DNA of 64,000 nucleotides from the human T2T-CHM13v2.0 reference genome, Homo sapiens. Position numbers and translations under genes: made by a program. Positions within the stretch are counted from its first letter, which is position 1, and each line of letters begins with the position of its first letter. Location: the NCBI RefSeq assembly GCF_009914755.1, contig NC_060947.1; one strand, given 5' to 3'. The notes under the pieces are model-generated. The model had not been told where the DNA came from. It worked only from the letters and a program-made list of their open reading frames with translations, and did not search any database. Shown one piece after another: positions 31,447-46,337 of this stretch.

Positions 31447-32434
31447 ACAATGAGAACACATGGACACAGGAAGGGGAACATCACACTCTGGGGACTGTTG
31501 TAGGGTGGGAGGAGGGGGGAGGGATAGCATTAGGAGATATACCTAATGCTAAATGACGAGTTAATGGGTGCAGCACACCAGCATGGCACATGTATACATA
31601 TGTAACAAACCCGCACGTTGTGCACATGTACCCTGAAACTTAAAGTATAATAATAATAAAAAGAAAATGTGGCACATATACACCGTGGAATACTATGCAG
31701 CCATAAAAAAGGATGAGTTCATGTCCTTTGTAGAGACATGGATGAAGCTGGAAATCATCATTCTCAGCAAACTATCACAAGGACAAAAAACCAAACACTG
31801 CATGTTCTCACTCATAGGTGGGAACTGAACATTGAGAACACTTGGACACAGGAAGGGGAACATCACACACAGGGGCCTGTCATGGGGTAGGAGGACGGGG
31901 GAGGGATAGCATTAGGAGAAATACCTAATGTAAATGATGAGCTGATAGGTGCAGCAAACCAACATGTCACATGTATACCTATGTAACAAACCTGCACGTT
32001 GTGCACATGTACCCCAGTACTTAAAGTATAATAACAAAAAAGAAAAAAAAATCTTGTTACTCACTGAATAGTTGGCCACTGTTAATATTATTACTACTTT
32101 TTACTTACAAAAAACTCCACACACTTCTGTTAGTTTTAATCAAGATGTTCAGTTAAAAAATAAATAGTTCAAGATCTTATTTTAAAAAGAGGCACAATTA
32201 TCTATAGATTTTTCATTTATCCACAGCAGTTTCATTTAGCATAATGGATAAATTATCTTCCCATTTTCCCCTCTACTGTCCACTTCTGTCCACTCTGAAG
32301 TCTCTGGGATCAAAAAGCCCCTCATCAGCAGCAAAGCAAAATGCTTTGTGTACCAGCCTGTTTCTTCTCTACCAACTATTTGCCTTCCTTGCTCCTTTTA
32401 CTTCAATCCTTTTATGTTAACCAAACTCCCCACC

Positions 32435-33030
32435 TCTGTTTGAATTACTATTGCTTCGTAATAAACCAATCCAAATTTAGTGGCATTAAACAACCATTTT
32501 ACTTTGTTCTAGGATTCTGTGGTTTAAGAATTGAGACATCATGGAGCAGAGATAGCTTGTTTCTACTTCATAATGTCTGGGGCCTCACCTGGGAAAACCA
32601 GAAGGCTGGGGGCCGTAATCCTTTAGGAGTTTTCATTTACAGGCTACTGGTAAATGTTGGCTATTAGCTGGAACCTCGGCTAGGGCTGTTGATCAGAGGA
32701 CCTATAGGTGGCCTTACCATAGGCCTGGGCCTTCTAACAGTATGGCAGCCTCAGGGTAATCAGACTTTGTACATGGCAGCTCAGGGCTCTAAAGGTGAAT
32801 GTCACTGCAGGTGAGCCAGAAGCTACACTGCCTCTCATAACCTAGCCTCAGAAGTCACAGTTTCACTGCCCCCTATTCTATTGGTTAATATAATCAAAGT
32901 TGGCCCAGATTCAAAGGAGAGGAGACATTTGACCCTACTTCTCAATGGAAGGGTGGCAAGGTCACATTACAGAAGAGAGTGTGGGATGACAGGTACTACG
33001 GTGGCCATCTCTGAAAAATACAATCTGCCA
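32435..33030 (-). mobile_element. MLT1 solo LTR
   Basis: ATTGCTTCGTAATAAACCAATCCAAATTTAGTGGCATTAAACAACCATTT...GGCCCAGATTCAAAGGAGAGG...AAAATACAATCTGCCAC. Confidence 0.8.
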
Positions 33031-33113
33031 CTTTCTCCCATGTACTTCTCCTGCTTAAGTATACTTTGATCTGATTTTTTAGGGAAAAACCACCTCAGGA
33101 GACTAATATTTTA

Positions 33114-33473
<360 letters not shown>

Positions 33474-33574
33474 TCATCCACATCCAGCCCCAAGCTTTCC
33501 TGTTCAGCATATCTGACTATTTATCTGCTATAAATGGCCAGGAAATCTGGCCTCCAATAAGCTGCTGGACCCAG

Positions 33575-34130
33575 TGCTGATCACTCTGGAGGAAAAAAAG
33601 CAACCACTGACATGTGGCAACTGGCTTGGCACTCACAGCTGGGCCTTGGTGTTCTCCCGATGAACATAACAATTTCATAAACTGCCACTATCAGACAAGG
33701 CCAATATGTGACCACAGTGACCAATAAAAAAGCAAGACCACCTCATAACTGTATCTGAAGAAACAAAACATGAACTTTGACTAAGCCATAAAAATGACCA
33801 AACACTCTGCTATCCTTGCTAACAGTGACCGGTGCTACTTTACCAATTAGCCTCCTTCTGGATAAGAGTCATTAAGATACACAATCACAGAATTATTCCC
33901 ATTTCCTAACAGAGTCCAATCCAGGGCAAAGCCTCACTTCTTTAAATCTTCCCCAAATTCACCTAACACAGATTCAAATCCCGTAATAAGTCCTTTCTGA
34001 CACCCTCCAACAGAGAAGCACCACAGCGCCCATGGTGTGCGCTCTCCCTCCATGTAATGCACTGAGCAATCAACCCAACCTGTTCAACCACAGGTGTGTT
34101 CCTGGTGGTCTTGGGCTAGAGGGCAGTGAC
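33575..34130 (+). mobile_element. ERV LTR (MER31/MER67/MER77-like, family uncertain)
   Basis: ATCAGACAAGGCCA, CAGAGTCCAATCCAG, CAACCTGTTCAACCACAGGTGTGTTCCTGGTGGTC resemble this LTR group. Confidence 0.6.
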
Positions 34131-35258
34131 GACTCCTCTAAGGACCTCGCATAAGAAAACTCGTTCCTAGCAGAGGTCACTTCCCATCCCCTGAATTCTA
34201 GCTTTCAGTCAGACTTTCGATTTGGCTCTTTTACACTGCAGTTTTGGCAGACAATTATATAAATCCTTAGACTGCCAGAAGCTATTAAAATGCCCCTAAA
34301 GTTATATATATATATCTTAAATATATGTGTATATGAGATCTGGTCCCCCAGGTTTCCTCCTTATCACCTTATCAAGTGCAGAAAGGTTATTCCAATAACA
34401 ATGGCAACAGCTGCCCTGTCCCCAGCACAGTCACAGGACCTAAAGGAAATCTGGCTTCACACACAGGGTGCTTAAGCCTCTGCTTTGGGAAAAGCAATAG
34501 GTAGGCATAGGACATCTCAGTTGCAGATCCCAGATTCACAATCCTATTTCTGCCACCTCCTCCTCCTCCTCCTAGTGTGTTCTTCATTTTTCTCCTAATC
34601 TTATTTTGCAAAGCAAAAACGTGACATTATCATTACCCTTTTCCTCCTCTCCTTTACAGTTCTCACTCACTTGATGCAAGGACTCTTACCCTCAGAAAAA
34701 CCATTCCAAAGAAAAAACCGACCTCCATAACCTAGTAGTTCAGTGCCAGACCAGAATCCCCACCCCACTTCAGGTCAGAGACACATATTGATTTAAAGTT
34801 TAGTTTAAGGAATCAGCTGTAGCACACAGAAAATATGGACTGGGAACAATCCCATCTGAACTTGAATTCTGGAGTAATCGCGTTTGCTGCTTTGACACCC
34901 ATAGCCCAAAATTCTCCTTCACAACCATCTGTCCACTCTCAGGGTCCCTGAGATACTGAATGTTCATGCAACAAAATTAAATCATTACTACTCAGGCATC
35001 ATTTAGGAAATGGAGCTACAGAGTTCAAACTTACATAAGTTTGTTTTATCTCCTCACATTTCACGGAAAATAACACTACCTGTAAGACTAGGTGTGGATT
35101 TAGACAGATGAGGACTACTGTGGAGGTGCAGGGTAAGTGCACAAGCATTAAGTGAGAGGCTCACCAATCACGTGCAAAAGTTGATTAATTTTCAGGAGTC
35201 ATATGTGGTTGTCTCGCTGACTCCTTTGGAATATGGACATGATAGAGAACAGATTTCT

Positions 35259-35937
<679 letters not shown>

Positions 35938-36339
35938 TGAGAACAGATTTCTGAAACATCCAAGGCACTGGCCATTCTAGCACCTTGCTGGCCCCTACAA
36001 AGACTCACAATAGACTCAGGCCAGTTTGTATGGACTTTTTGGTTGTCTTTTTATGTGTGTCTGAGTGTTTGGTTTGGGGTTTCATTTATTTTGTTTTGTA
36101 ACTGGCCTAGCGAGATTTGGGATGAAGCATTGACAAGAGTCTAGAATGATTAGTGAAATTTCTGAAAATGTGTCCTAGCCTTTTTCAGGGTCATGGGAGG
36201 GGGTTTGAACGGGAGGTATAACTGTGGACTGCCACCCTCCAGGAGTCTGTTTAGGGCCACCCCCTAAAGGAAGGCTTCAAATTAAGCTGTAACAAAATGA
36301 GATTTCTGATTCTGTGTTCTAGAGTAAATAAAATGATTT

Positions 36340-36660
36340 CAGTCACACCTTGCATAGCAACAGGAATATATTCTGAGAAATCCATCGTTAGGCAATTTCA
36401 TTGTGAGAACATCATAGACTGTACTTACACAAACCTAGAGTGTGTGTATATATATATATATATTTTTTTTTTCTCATATGGAAAACAAAATGTTCCAGTA
36501 CCAATAATGAACATCAATCATTACCGCAACTGATCTGCAATGCCAATATCAAGTGCTGTATATCAGGTTTCTATATATGCTCCATTATAATCTTCTGGGA
36601 CTACCATAATATATGTGGTCCATCGTTGACCAAAATGCCACTATGCAGTGAATAACTGTA
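36340..36660 (+). mobile_element. Tigger3/Golem-type non-autonomous DNA transposon
   Basis: TTCTGAGAAATCCATCGTTAGGCAATTTCATTGTGAGAACATCATAGACTGTACTTACACAAACCTAGA...GGTCCATCGTTGACCAAAATG. Confidence 0.75.
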
Positions 36661-37049
36661 TTTCTTCTAAAGGGAGAGTTTTATTGGTGGGGGTGGAACT
36701 ACCTACCAATTCTGACTTCTTATACTAATCTTTGTCTGTCAATTAGCTTGTCACATTGTCTTTTTAATTTTTAACCTCAAACATAATTTATTACCAGAAA
36801 TTAGGAACACTTCATTTTTCGTTGTTGATACAGTGGAGGTGTGAACTCCACTGTAAACAACTACTTGAATATATAAAAATCAGCAAGGGATTTGAATAGA
36901 AAACTGCTACTTTGTGTTTTTAAACAATTTATGGTATAAGTCACTGTGACAAGTACAATGGAGAAAAACAATTTGCTTTGTTTAGTTCAGGAAGATGACC
37001 TTTGCTCGACCATCCAAAACATACAAACAACAAAAACACATCCATTTTA

Positions 37050-38250
37050 TTAAAGACTTAAATATATGACCTGAGACCATAACACTACAAGAAGAAAACC
37101 TAGGGAAGAAACTACAGGACACTGGTCTGGGCAATGAATTTTGGGGTTTGACCCCAAAAGCTCAAATAACAAAAGCAAAACTAGACAAATGGAATTACAT
37201 CGAACTAAAATGTTTCCGCACAGCAAAGAAAACAATTAACAGAGGGGAGAGACAGCCTACAGATTGGGAGAAAATATTTGCAAGCCCTACTTCTAATAAG
37301 GTGTTAATGTCCAAAATATATAAGGGACTCAAATGACTAAGTAGCAAAAAGACAACCTGATTAACAAATGGACAAAGGACCCGAATAGACATTTCTCAAA
37401 TGAAGACACACAAATGGCCAACAGGCATAAGAAAAAATGCTCAACATCACTAATCGCTAGGGACATGCAAATTAAAATCACAATGATATATTATCTCACA
37501 CCTTCCAGAATGGCTATTATCAAAAAGGTGAAAGATAACAGGCCAGGATATGGAGAAAAGGCAACCCTATACATTGTTGGTGGGAATATAAATTAGTACA
37601 GCCATTATGGAAAACTGTATGGAGGTTCCTCAAAAAACTAAAAATAGAATTACTATATGATCCAGCAATCCCACTTCTGGGTATATATCCAAAGAATTTG
37701 AAATCAGTATGTCGAAGAGATATCTGTACTCTTATGTTCATTGCAGGATTTATCACAATAGCCAAGTTATGGGATCAACCTAAGTGTCCATCAGTGGATG
37801 AACAGATAAAGCAAATGTGCTATACATACACAATGAAATATTATTCAGTCTTCAAAAATCAGGAAAATCTGTCCATTGATGAGCCTGGAGAACATTATGC
37901 TAAGTGAAATAAGCCAGGCACAGAAAGACAAATACTTCATGTTCTCACTTGTATGTGGAATCTAAAACAATGGAACCCACAAACACAGAGAATAGAATGG
38001 TGGTGATATTTCAAAATTTCATATTCCAAAAGAGCTAAGAGTACATTTCAAATGTTAGCACCACAAAAAAACTATTAAATTCCATGTTGAGTCATTTTTG
38101 TGTAAAAAAAGATAAAATTTTAGGTGATGAATATGTTATTTACCTTGATTTAATCATTCTACATTGTATATATATAAAATACCACTTTGAACTCTATAAA
38201 TGTATACAATTTGTAAATATACAATAAAATTATACAAATATAAAAATAAA
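37050..38250 (+). mobile_element. L1MA-type 3' fragment
   Basis: ORF track TPKAQITKAKLDKWNYIELKCFRTAKKTINR; 3'UTR ends in an A-rich tail. Confidence 0.9.
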
Positions 38251-38363
38251 AAGATTTTCTAAGCAGTGTCAAATAAGTCCATTTTATTTCATATCTACTG
38301 TGTCTGAATTCAGACATGCCTGACGTTTAGGAGTGTGCCTAGCCTTCCCTAGGGGAGATATTC

Positions 38364-38458
38364 TTTTTTTTTTTTTGAGACAGAGTCTCACTCTGTTGCC
38401 CAGGCTGGAGTGCAGTGGCGCAATCTTGGCTCACTGCAACCTCTGCCTCCCGGGTTCT
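38364..38458 (-). mobile_element. 5'-truncated Alu
   Basis: 13-bp TSD GGAGATATTCTTT at 38354-38366 and 38470-38482. Confidence 0.88.
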
Positions 38459-38509
38459 AAGAGATTCCAGGAGATATTCTTTCCAATTTATTGTCAGCTC
38501 CGTTTAGAC

Positions 38510-38700
38510 CTATAGTTCTCCAAGTATGGCCCCATGTCCAGGAGTATCAGCATCTCCTGGGAACTAGTTAGAAATGTAAATTCGGGGGTCCACTCCTGAC
38601 CAACTGTAGGGGCAACTCTGTGGATGGGACCTAGCAATCTTGGTTTTAAGAAACGCTCCATCTGATTCTGATTCACAGGAAAGTTTGAGAGCCACTGACT
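38510..38700. mobile_element. MER5A (hAT-Charlie)
   Basis: ATCAGCATCTCCTGGGAACTAGTTAGAAATG...TGATTCTGAT...AAGTTTGAGAGCCACTG. Confidence 0.8.
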
Positions 38701-38939
38701 TAGACTGCTATACTGTTGTTTCTCTGGTAAACAAAGAGGCTTCTTTTCTTGTTCAGAGAAATATTGCTTAGGATTTCTGGTGGGTGCACAATTCCCTGCT
38801 GTGAACCGAGTTTGCTGGAAAACCAAATAACTAGCACCTCCATCGTAGTCCTACCCAGAGCTTGCAGGCTTTGCACTCACGTAAGACTGATTCTTCCAGA
38901 GGCGCCTGGAAGTCCCATTGTGATGGGCAAATGCTCTTA

Positions 38940-39295
<356 letters not shown>

Positions 39296-39769
39296 AATAC
39301 ACTAATTTTGGGCCTTAAATGCTACTCAGTTCTCCAGTTCACCTCAACAGGGAGGGAAGGTGCCTGGAGGAAAATTGCACTTCGTTTTTGCCCTGCTTAT
39401 TTTGTCTTCAAAATATATGTTAAATCACCGCATCAAAGAGCCGTCCCAGATCTCAACTCCCAGATGAGTTCGGTGGCACCCAATAGATTTTCATAACACA
39501 GGATCTATCTCTGTCTCCTTGTATTGTAATAGCCTGTCTCCAAATGCAGATAGCAACCGGCAGGCTGTAAATGTCGAGGAAAAAGCCTAATTCCTTTCCT
39601 CATCCGGAGCCTCTAGTGCAGTACCCAGCACAGAGCAGGTACTTGGTATTTTGGTAAGGGAAATCAATCAACGCATCAATAGCAGAATCTGAAACCAGGG
39701 ACCTAGATCTTTCCAATAAAATCATCCTGCTGAGATGTGACTCAGATGTACTGGTGCCCAGCAGACAAC

Positions 39770-40350
39770 ACGTTTTCGCCCTGATTTTATCCTCCATTCA
39801 TCCGTCCGCCCCCTCCCCCATAGACCCCGCCTGTCCCCAGCTAAAAATAATGAGGGGATTCACACATCTCAGTGTCAACACACACAACACAGTTGACACG
39901 CCCCTTAATCCTACAGCTACGCCATCAATTCTCGCCGCCGGGTCCGTCCGCTTGTCAGTTTCCCCTACTCCTCATCCCCTCGCAACTTCTGATCCCCTAT
40001 CACTTCCGTTCCCGTTTGCCTGCTAGGCTGGAAGCAGGATGTGTCTACGCCCTCAGCCCATAAGAAGTGCTACAAACCTCCGCCTCGCTCGCTGTCATGG
40101 CGGCGACCGACGGCCCCTTTCCTGTGGCCTCAGAAAGCAGCGACAGTCGCAGTCACCGGACCTTCGCCCATCCGCCGCCCTCACTTAAGCGACGCACAAC
40201 GGAGCTCCCACAATCCTCTTTGCTTCCGCTCTCTTTATTTCCGCCTCCCCCGCCCCCGCCTCGACATTAACCGTTTCGCGACTACGTCCGTTGGCCGGTC
40301 TGTTTGGGAGAGCCAGGCGACTAATCTGGTATAGAGACCGAAAAACACAG
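39770..40350. promoter_or_regulatory. SLC25A53: CpG-island promoter, probably SLC25A53 (minus strand) and possibly bidirectional
   Basis: Sharp rise in CpG density; ETS-like CACTTCCG (~40001); GC boxes CCCCGCCCC (~40247-40261); gene name inferred from remembered gene order (SLC25A53 divergent from FAM199X, ~9-10 kb upstream). Confidence 0.7.
40078..40180 (-). other. SLC25A53: Candidate first exon of SLC25A53 (5' boundary uncertain)
   Basis: Minus-strand donor GAG|GTTTGT with exon ending at 40078, inside the CpG island; the SLC25A53 CDS is not in this window. Confidence 0.5.
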
Positions 40351-40599
40351 GTAAAAAGACCTAAAAGACTTAGTCATCTATTGGAACATTTCCCCAGTTT
40401 GTTTGTAAGTTGGCTTGCAAGCTTATCAGTCATTCTCAAACAGGAGCTTAACTTACTTAGGTGAACAGTTCATGATGACGCCTTTAAGCTGCTAGACCAA
40501 CCCAAACTCCGAATTTGCAGTTTCTGACCTTTCACCTTGAACCTGTGCCCTTTCTACCCTCTATTCTCCATCTCCTTTTGGTTCTTGTCTGACTCTTTA

Positions 40600-40850
40600 G
40601 CTGCATATGTAAAGAGCACAGACTTTGAAACCTGAGCTCCCGCGTTCGAATCCCCACTGTACCACTATCTAAACATGGCATCTTGGGCAAGTGATTCAAG
40701 CATGCTATTCCTTGGCTTTTTCATCTGTAGAATTGGTATAATAATAGTACTTACCTCCAGAGTTGCAGTAAAAATATTAAAATTTCACATGTGAGGAGCA
40801 CCTAGAACATTGCCTATCATGAAGTTAAGCAGTATATTGAAATATAAATT
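40600..40850 (+). mobile_element. MIR
   Basis: AAGAGCACAGACTTTG...GTTCGAATCCC...TTGGGCAAGTGATT...CATCTGTAGAATTGG. Confidence 0.85.
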
Positions 40851-40913
40851 ATAATGATTGAATTTGATCTCACCTAAGACCTCTGGCTAATAAATAATAA
40901 ATGATAATAATCA

Positions 40914-41070
40914 TTTCACCTGGGATAGAGGGGATTGCCCTGTTCTCTCCAGGCTGAGGCTGTAATACCTGATTCTAGGGACTGCTGATATGGAAATTAC
41001 TACCACTCTGGCTGGAGTCAGAAGAGTATATTAAAGAGTCTCTTTGTACTGTCCTAAAATAAGCAAAATC
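40914..41070 (-). repeat. Left arm of a ~157-bp inverted repeat (partner 41667-41826)
   Basis: Reverse-complement alignment by hand: ~12 substitutions plus one 3-bp indel. Confidence 0.95.
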
Positions 41071-41666
41071 CAACGTTTGCAGTTCTATGGACCACGCACT
41101 ATGATAAGTGCTTTAAACCCATTTTGTTGTTATTGCTTCATCCTCACAATAGCCCTTTGCTGGTTCTTAAGTGTATTACCCTTTCCTGTCCTCTTTGTCT
41201 GCTTAAAGCAGCTAAGAAAACTCAGATTAGTCAGATTGCATATAAATCAATAACTTGCCCACGGTCACAGAGCTAATAACAAATAGAGCCAAGACTTAAA
41301 CTCAGATACATTCAGATGTGTCTTGGTATTTCTCAAATATCACTGAGAAAAAGGCCACCATAAATTCTTTTCAAGTGCTCTCTCTCCCCCAACTCCCCAC
41401 CCCAAGAGTTGCCTGAATGCCCATACAGAAAGACTAGGTTCTCTTCAGAAGCAGAAGGGCAGAACCCACTAAGGCAAAGATCTCTCCCTTGAAGGCTGGC
41501 AGCCAAGGAGGTGACTATAGTAGGAATTGGCATAACCAGCTCACTCATTGCCCTCCACTGTGCCACACAGGCCCCATTACTTCCTATAGGACTGAAGACC
41601 ACTGGGGATAAAGGTACAGGGCCTTCACCTCATCCCACCGTTCTGTAAAGCTTGGATATTAGCAAA

Positions 41667-41826
41667 GATCTTGCTTATTTTAGGACAGTACAATGAGACT
41701 CTTTAATATACTCATCTGACTCCACCCAGAGTGGTAGTAGTAATTTCCATATCAGCAGTCCCTAGAGTCAGGAATTACTGCCTCAGCCTGGAGAGAACAA
41801 ACCAATCCCCTCTGTCCCAGGTTAAA
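41667..41826 (+). repeat. Right arm of the inverted repeat (probable source copy)
   Basis: See left arm; 596-bp spacer containing MIR sequence. Confidence 0.95.
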
Positions 41827-42829
41827 ACAAAACAGGAATTCCCTCTGTTCCTTCAGAATGTACGGTACCCAGGATGTTGTTATTCTTGCTCCACACCTAC
41901 CCACTCTCACTTCCCAACTTATCATCAGGCAGTCCACAATGGTTTTTTCAGGGGAAGGATTGGTGATGGTGAAGGGACTGAAGGAGAAGGTAAATCACCA
42001 GGTTTGCTGAAGGTAAATGAAGCACTGCCTTGTCCCTACCTCTGTACCTCTTTTGTAGCTCCCTGACCTTCTTTCTCATTTGGCATTTCAGAACCCATCA
42101 CTCCACACCTAGGAAACCCTCTTGGGTTTGAATTGCAGACAAATCATCTTGTCTTTTATTTTTTCCCCCAACACCCAACGATAGCACACATGTCTGGGCT
42201 TGGCCAAATTTAAAAACAAAAATAACAGAGGTAGCACGGAAAGACTTTTTACTTAATTTTCTCCATTATTTCTAGCTGTCAAACTATTAGAAAGTGTCAG
42301 TGTAAGGGGTAGAGCTGTGAGAAGTCGAGTTTCAGAGGCGAGGAAAGAGAAAAATCCTGATGCAAAGCAAAAGTGTTGGCAGAGGAAAGACGAGCCAACA
42401 AGAGTGTCTCTAGGGCCGGTAGAAATAAACAAATGGTGGAGATTGGTGAGTGGGTTTCATACACAAAGAAACCTTTCCCTTTTAGCTCCTTTCACCCTAC
42501 ACACCATATCCCCATTCCAGAGACTTCATCTGCCTTAAATTCTCCTAACCAACCCAGTTCTTTCCTTGCTGGGCATCTTGCCCTAATGGCAGAATTCACC
42601 ACCAGCTGCTACTGCTAAGCAAACTGGGTAGTTGAGGGGAGAGGATGTTCGTAAACCCAATGTTAGAAAGGGAGATGTGTTCCTAGCATCCTTAGTCGTA
42701 CTCATAGCATATTTTTAGAAGCAATGCTCTACGTACATAATTTAAGTGTTCAGGTTCTGCAGTGCTTTCTTCAGTATGTTTCAGTTATTTGTTTCTTCAG
42801 AGCTGTTCTGGGGTCCTAACATATATATG

Positions 42830-43290
42830 ACAGTGTTTCTATACCATAGTGTTTTACACAGCTGGTGACCAGTTCAGGCCCCCTTTACAAGGCAGATAGA
42901 TCCATCCCCCAGCTGCTGTGGGTATTAGCTGATGAATACAGCTGCTTCCTTCTCTGCAGAATTGCACTCTGCAGAAGAGGTTCATTGCCTGGGAGATTTC
43001 TGTTTAATAACCCCAACCCCTACACACACAACCCTGCAGCCAAAAGCAATGACTAACTGATGATGAGAGTACAAGGGTACCTTGCCTCAAGGTTGACCAA
43101 TTCTGTGGTGTAAATCCTACTCCAGAGCTCCTCCTGGGATTAGGCTAGAGCTTGTTTCCAGCGAGCTTAGGTTTTTTCCTCCAGCCATATCCTGCTTCTC
43201 TCACTCCGCTGCTGCTGAGAGCACTCGCTCTAAATCACTGGCCCAAGAATCATGCCCCACCTTAGGCTCTGCTTCTAGGGAACCCTAATA
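42830..43290. mobile_element. ERVL LTR (LTR16-like)
   Basis: CCATCCCCCAGCTGCTG...CTTGCCTCAAGGT...GAGCACTC...GGCTCTGCTTCTAGGGAACC. Confidence 0.7.
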
Positions 43291-44767
43291 CTCATCATGC
43301 TCAGCTCATGTTTGTCAGAGGATCATGTAAAGAAGTCCCTCTGTAGGCCCTCTGTTGTAGGCAGAGCCATCGTACCCATCTCTGGGGAAGTCAGGAGTGA
43401 GTTAAGATGTAACTGGATAAGACCTCTTAAGTCAAACTTGAACATCTGTCCTAACTCAGATTAAAATGAGATCTGGCCTATTCCTGAAATCTACTGTCTT
43501 GGTGACACCAGCAGACTACATTCTATCAAATTAGAAATGAAGATATATCTGTTTGTGCTTCATTGTGGAAAAATTATGTTTTTATTAAAAAGAGTTATGT
43601 GGCATTTGTTAAAATTTTAGTTAAGTCACAATTATTTTGTGATAGACACTGCTATAATAGCATGAATCTTAAATTTATCAGCTGTTGGTTGCTATATGTT
43701 TGTTGAGTGTAAACTCTGTGTTGTCAAAGATGATCAAAGAATGAGCCCAAGGTTAGATACCTGATAAGCATGCTCCGATTAGTCTAGAAGTGTTAAAAGA
43801 AAAAGAAACAACAACAGACCGGATTACCAGCTTGCAAATAATAAAAACATATCCTAATTTAATAATTCTTCTATGATTCAGAAGACATATTGGATCATCT
43901 TTACAAACTTCAATCATAATATTGTAAAAATGTACAAGTACTAGTTAAGAGTAATGTTCAGATTGAAAAAAATGTTCAGGTTGAAAATGACCAGATTGTT
44001 GAAATATATATTTGCAAGGATGAAAATTTCAAAACATCTAGCATCTCCTCCAAAGTATATATCCTATTATTTACATAGTAAATAATGTATAGTCACTGAT
44101 TCTAATCTCACTTGACTAAATCCATTCCTCTAGCTACAATAAAAGAACCAAGATAATAATTTTCTTTAGGATTACCTATTTCTGAATATATTTTAATACA
44201 TTCCTTTTGCTATGACCTCTTGTAATTGGTTCCTTTTATTATTTTTATTTACATGTATTATATATCATAATTTATTTTAATTCCTTTTTTGCTGTTTAGC
44301 AAAATATATGATCATCTTCCTCTCCAAAAAAATCAGATTATGGAGGGTCTTTTAAGTGGTTACTTTTGGTAACTAAAACAAACATTTTCTTAAGAAAATA
44401 TCATTAAACCAAAAATTCATACTGATCTGAGAAATGTTGGTTGTTTCTGAAAAGCCCTTTCTACATTAGTCAAATAAATTACAATATTTGTAAGTCTCAT
44501 GGAGTATTTTAGTTGTGTACAAGATTTTCATTAAAGCATAGGAAAGAATATCATAGCTACTTGCTTAACACACATATACATCAAAGAGGAGATATGACTT
44601 TCCTAACTTATCTGTAACAATGGCTAAACAAAGGTTTGGTAAGAGCAATTGAAGAATGGTGAATTACCCCATTCATTAAAATTTTTAAAGTACTTAAACA
44701 TTAGACTGGATAGAATTTTACGGGGGAACAATATATCTTATGTTCTTTTTAAAAAGAAGAAGAAAGA

Positions 44768-45123
<356 letters not shown>

Positions 45124-45155
45124 TCAAAAATTTTTTTGCCATCAACCCTTAAGGG

Positions 45156-45584
45156 TGTGAACAAAAGTTCTCTGAAAAGGAATTTGGAGGAAAGAGACTA
45201 TATTCCACTGAACAGTACGCAAACAGGCTTAAAATGAAGGTGTGTTCCAGACAACAAAAGAGGGTTTAGGTTTAATTGCAAAAGTTCACACCCAGGTTCC
45301 CAATCACATCCATTTATGCAAATGAAGGATACAAACTTGCTTAGTTCTGATTGGTGGAAGCAGCTGAGCCCCAATTGGTTGATGTGGCTGAGCTCTGATT
45401 GGTTGATACAGCTGAGTTCTAAAAGTCCCACAGTTAAAAAGGTGGAGGTTTTTTGGGAACTCAGAGTGGGTGTATGACCTCTAGTCAGCACATGGCTGTT
45501 TGGCTCTCTATTTTAAATTTAGGCCATTAGCATTTCCGGATTCATCTTGAAGGATTGGCTCTTTGAGGTTCACATTTGTTCACA
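45156..45584 (-). mobile_element. ERV1-class solo LTR, same family as 20661-21078
   Basis: TGTGAACAAA...TTTGTTCACA termini; perfect 4-bp TSD AGGG; repeated ATTGG boxes. Confidence 0.88.
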
Positions 45585-46293
45585 AGGGTTTCTATGATTG
45601 TATATGATTGATATCACACCATTTATTATCAAAAACGTTTTCTAAGTCTATCTTTCAAAATTCACCAGTTTCACCACAGAAACGATCCATAATTTCAGGG
45701 TTACAATGTTTCATCTAAAATGTCCATCTTTTGTTGGCCTACTCTTCTAAAAGCCCAGGCCAAATGTCACTCACTGTAAAAACCTCACTAATCTTCTTTC
45801 TCCCAAGCCAAATTCATCCTTTCCTTAAATGTCCACTGATCTTTGACAAAGGAGCAAGGGCAATATAATGGAGGAAAGATAGTCTTTTCAATAAGTAATG
45901 TAGGAACGTCTGGACATCCACGTACAAAAAGAATGGATCTAATTCTTACATCTTTCACAGAACTTCCTGAAAGACCTACCACCTCTTCAATGGAAAGCAT
46001 CAACAGTTTGCACCCTACAATTCTCTGAATTCCTCACCTCAAAATCCTCATCTTGCTGCTTTCACCAATCCTGGATTGTTGTAAAATGATGCTTGCCCAG
46101 TCTTAATCAAGACCCCACATTGAAATATCCACCTTAAATCAAACTTCCAATTCTTAATAAATTCTGCCCAGACATTTCCCTCTGAAACATTGCCAAAGCT
46201 TTGTGCAAGTTGAGGTTTTCCTTGCCAAAATACGTAAGAAATTCAAGCTTTGTTTTATCAGCAGGTTTTGTTGGTGATATTTGACTCAGCTAA

Positions 46294-46294
<1 letters not shown>

Positions 46295-46335
<41 letters not shown>
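46295..46335. repeat. (CA)n microsatellite
   Basis: ~20 perfect CA units. Confidence 0.97.

Positions 46336-46337
<2 letters not shown>

Noticed and set aside
43300-44480. AT-rich stretch possibly derived from an old hAT transposon
   Set aside because: No terminal repeats or convincing transposase motif identifiable by eye
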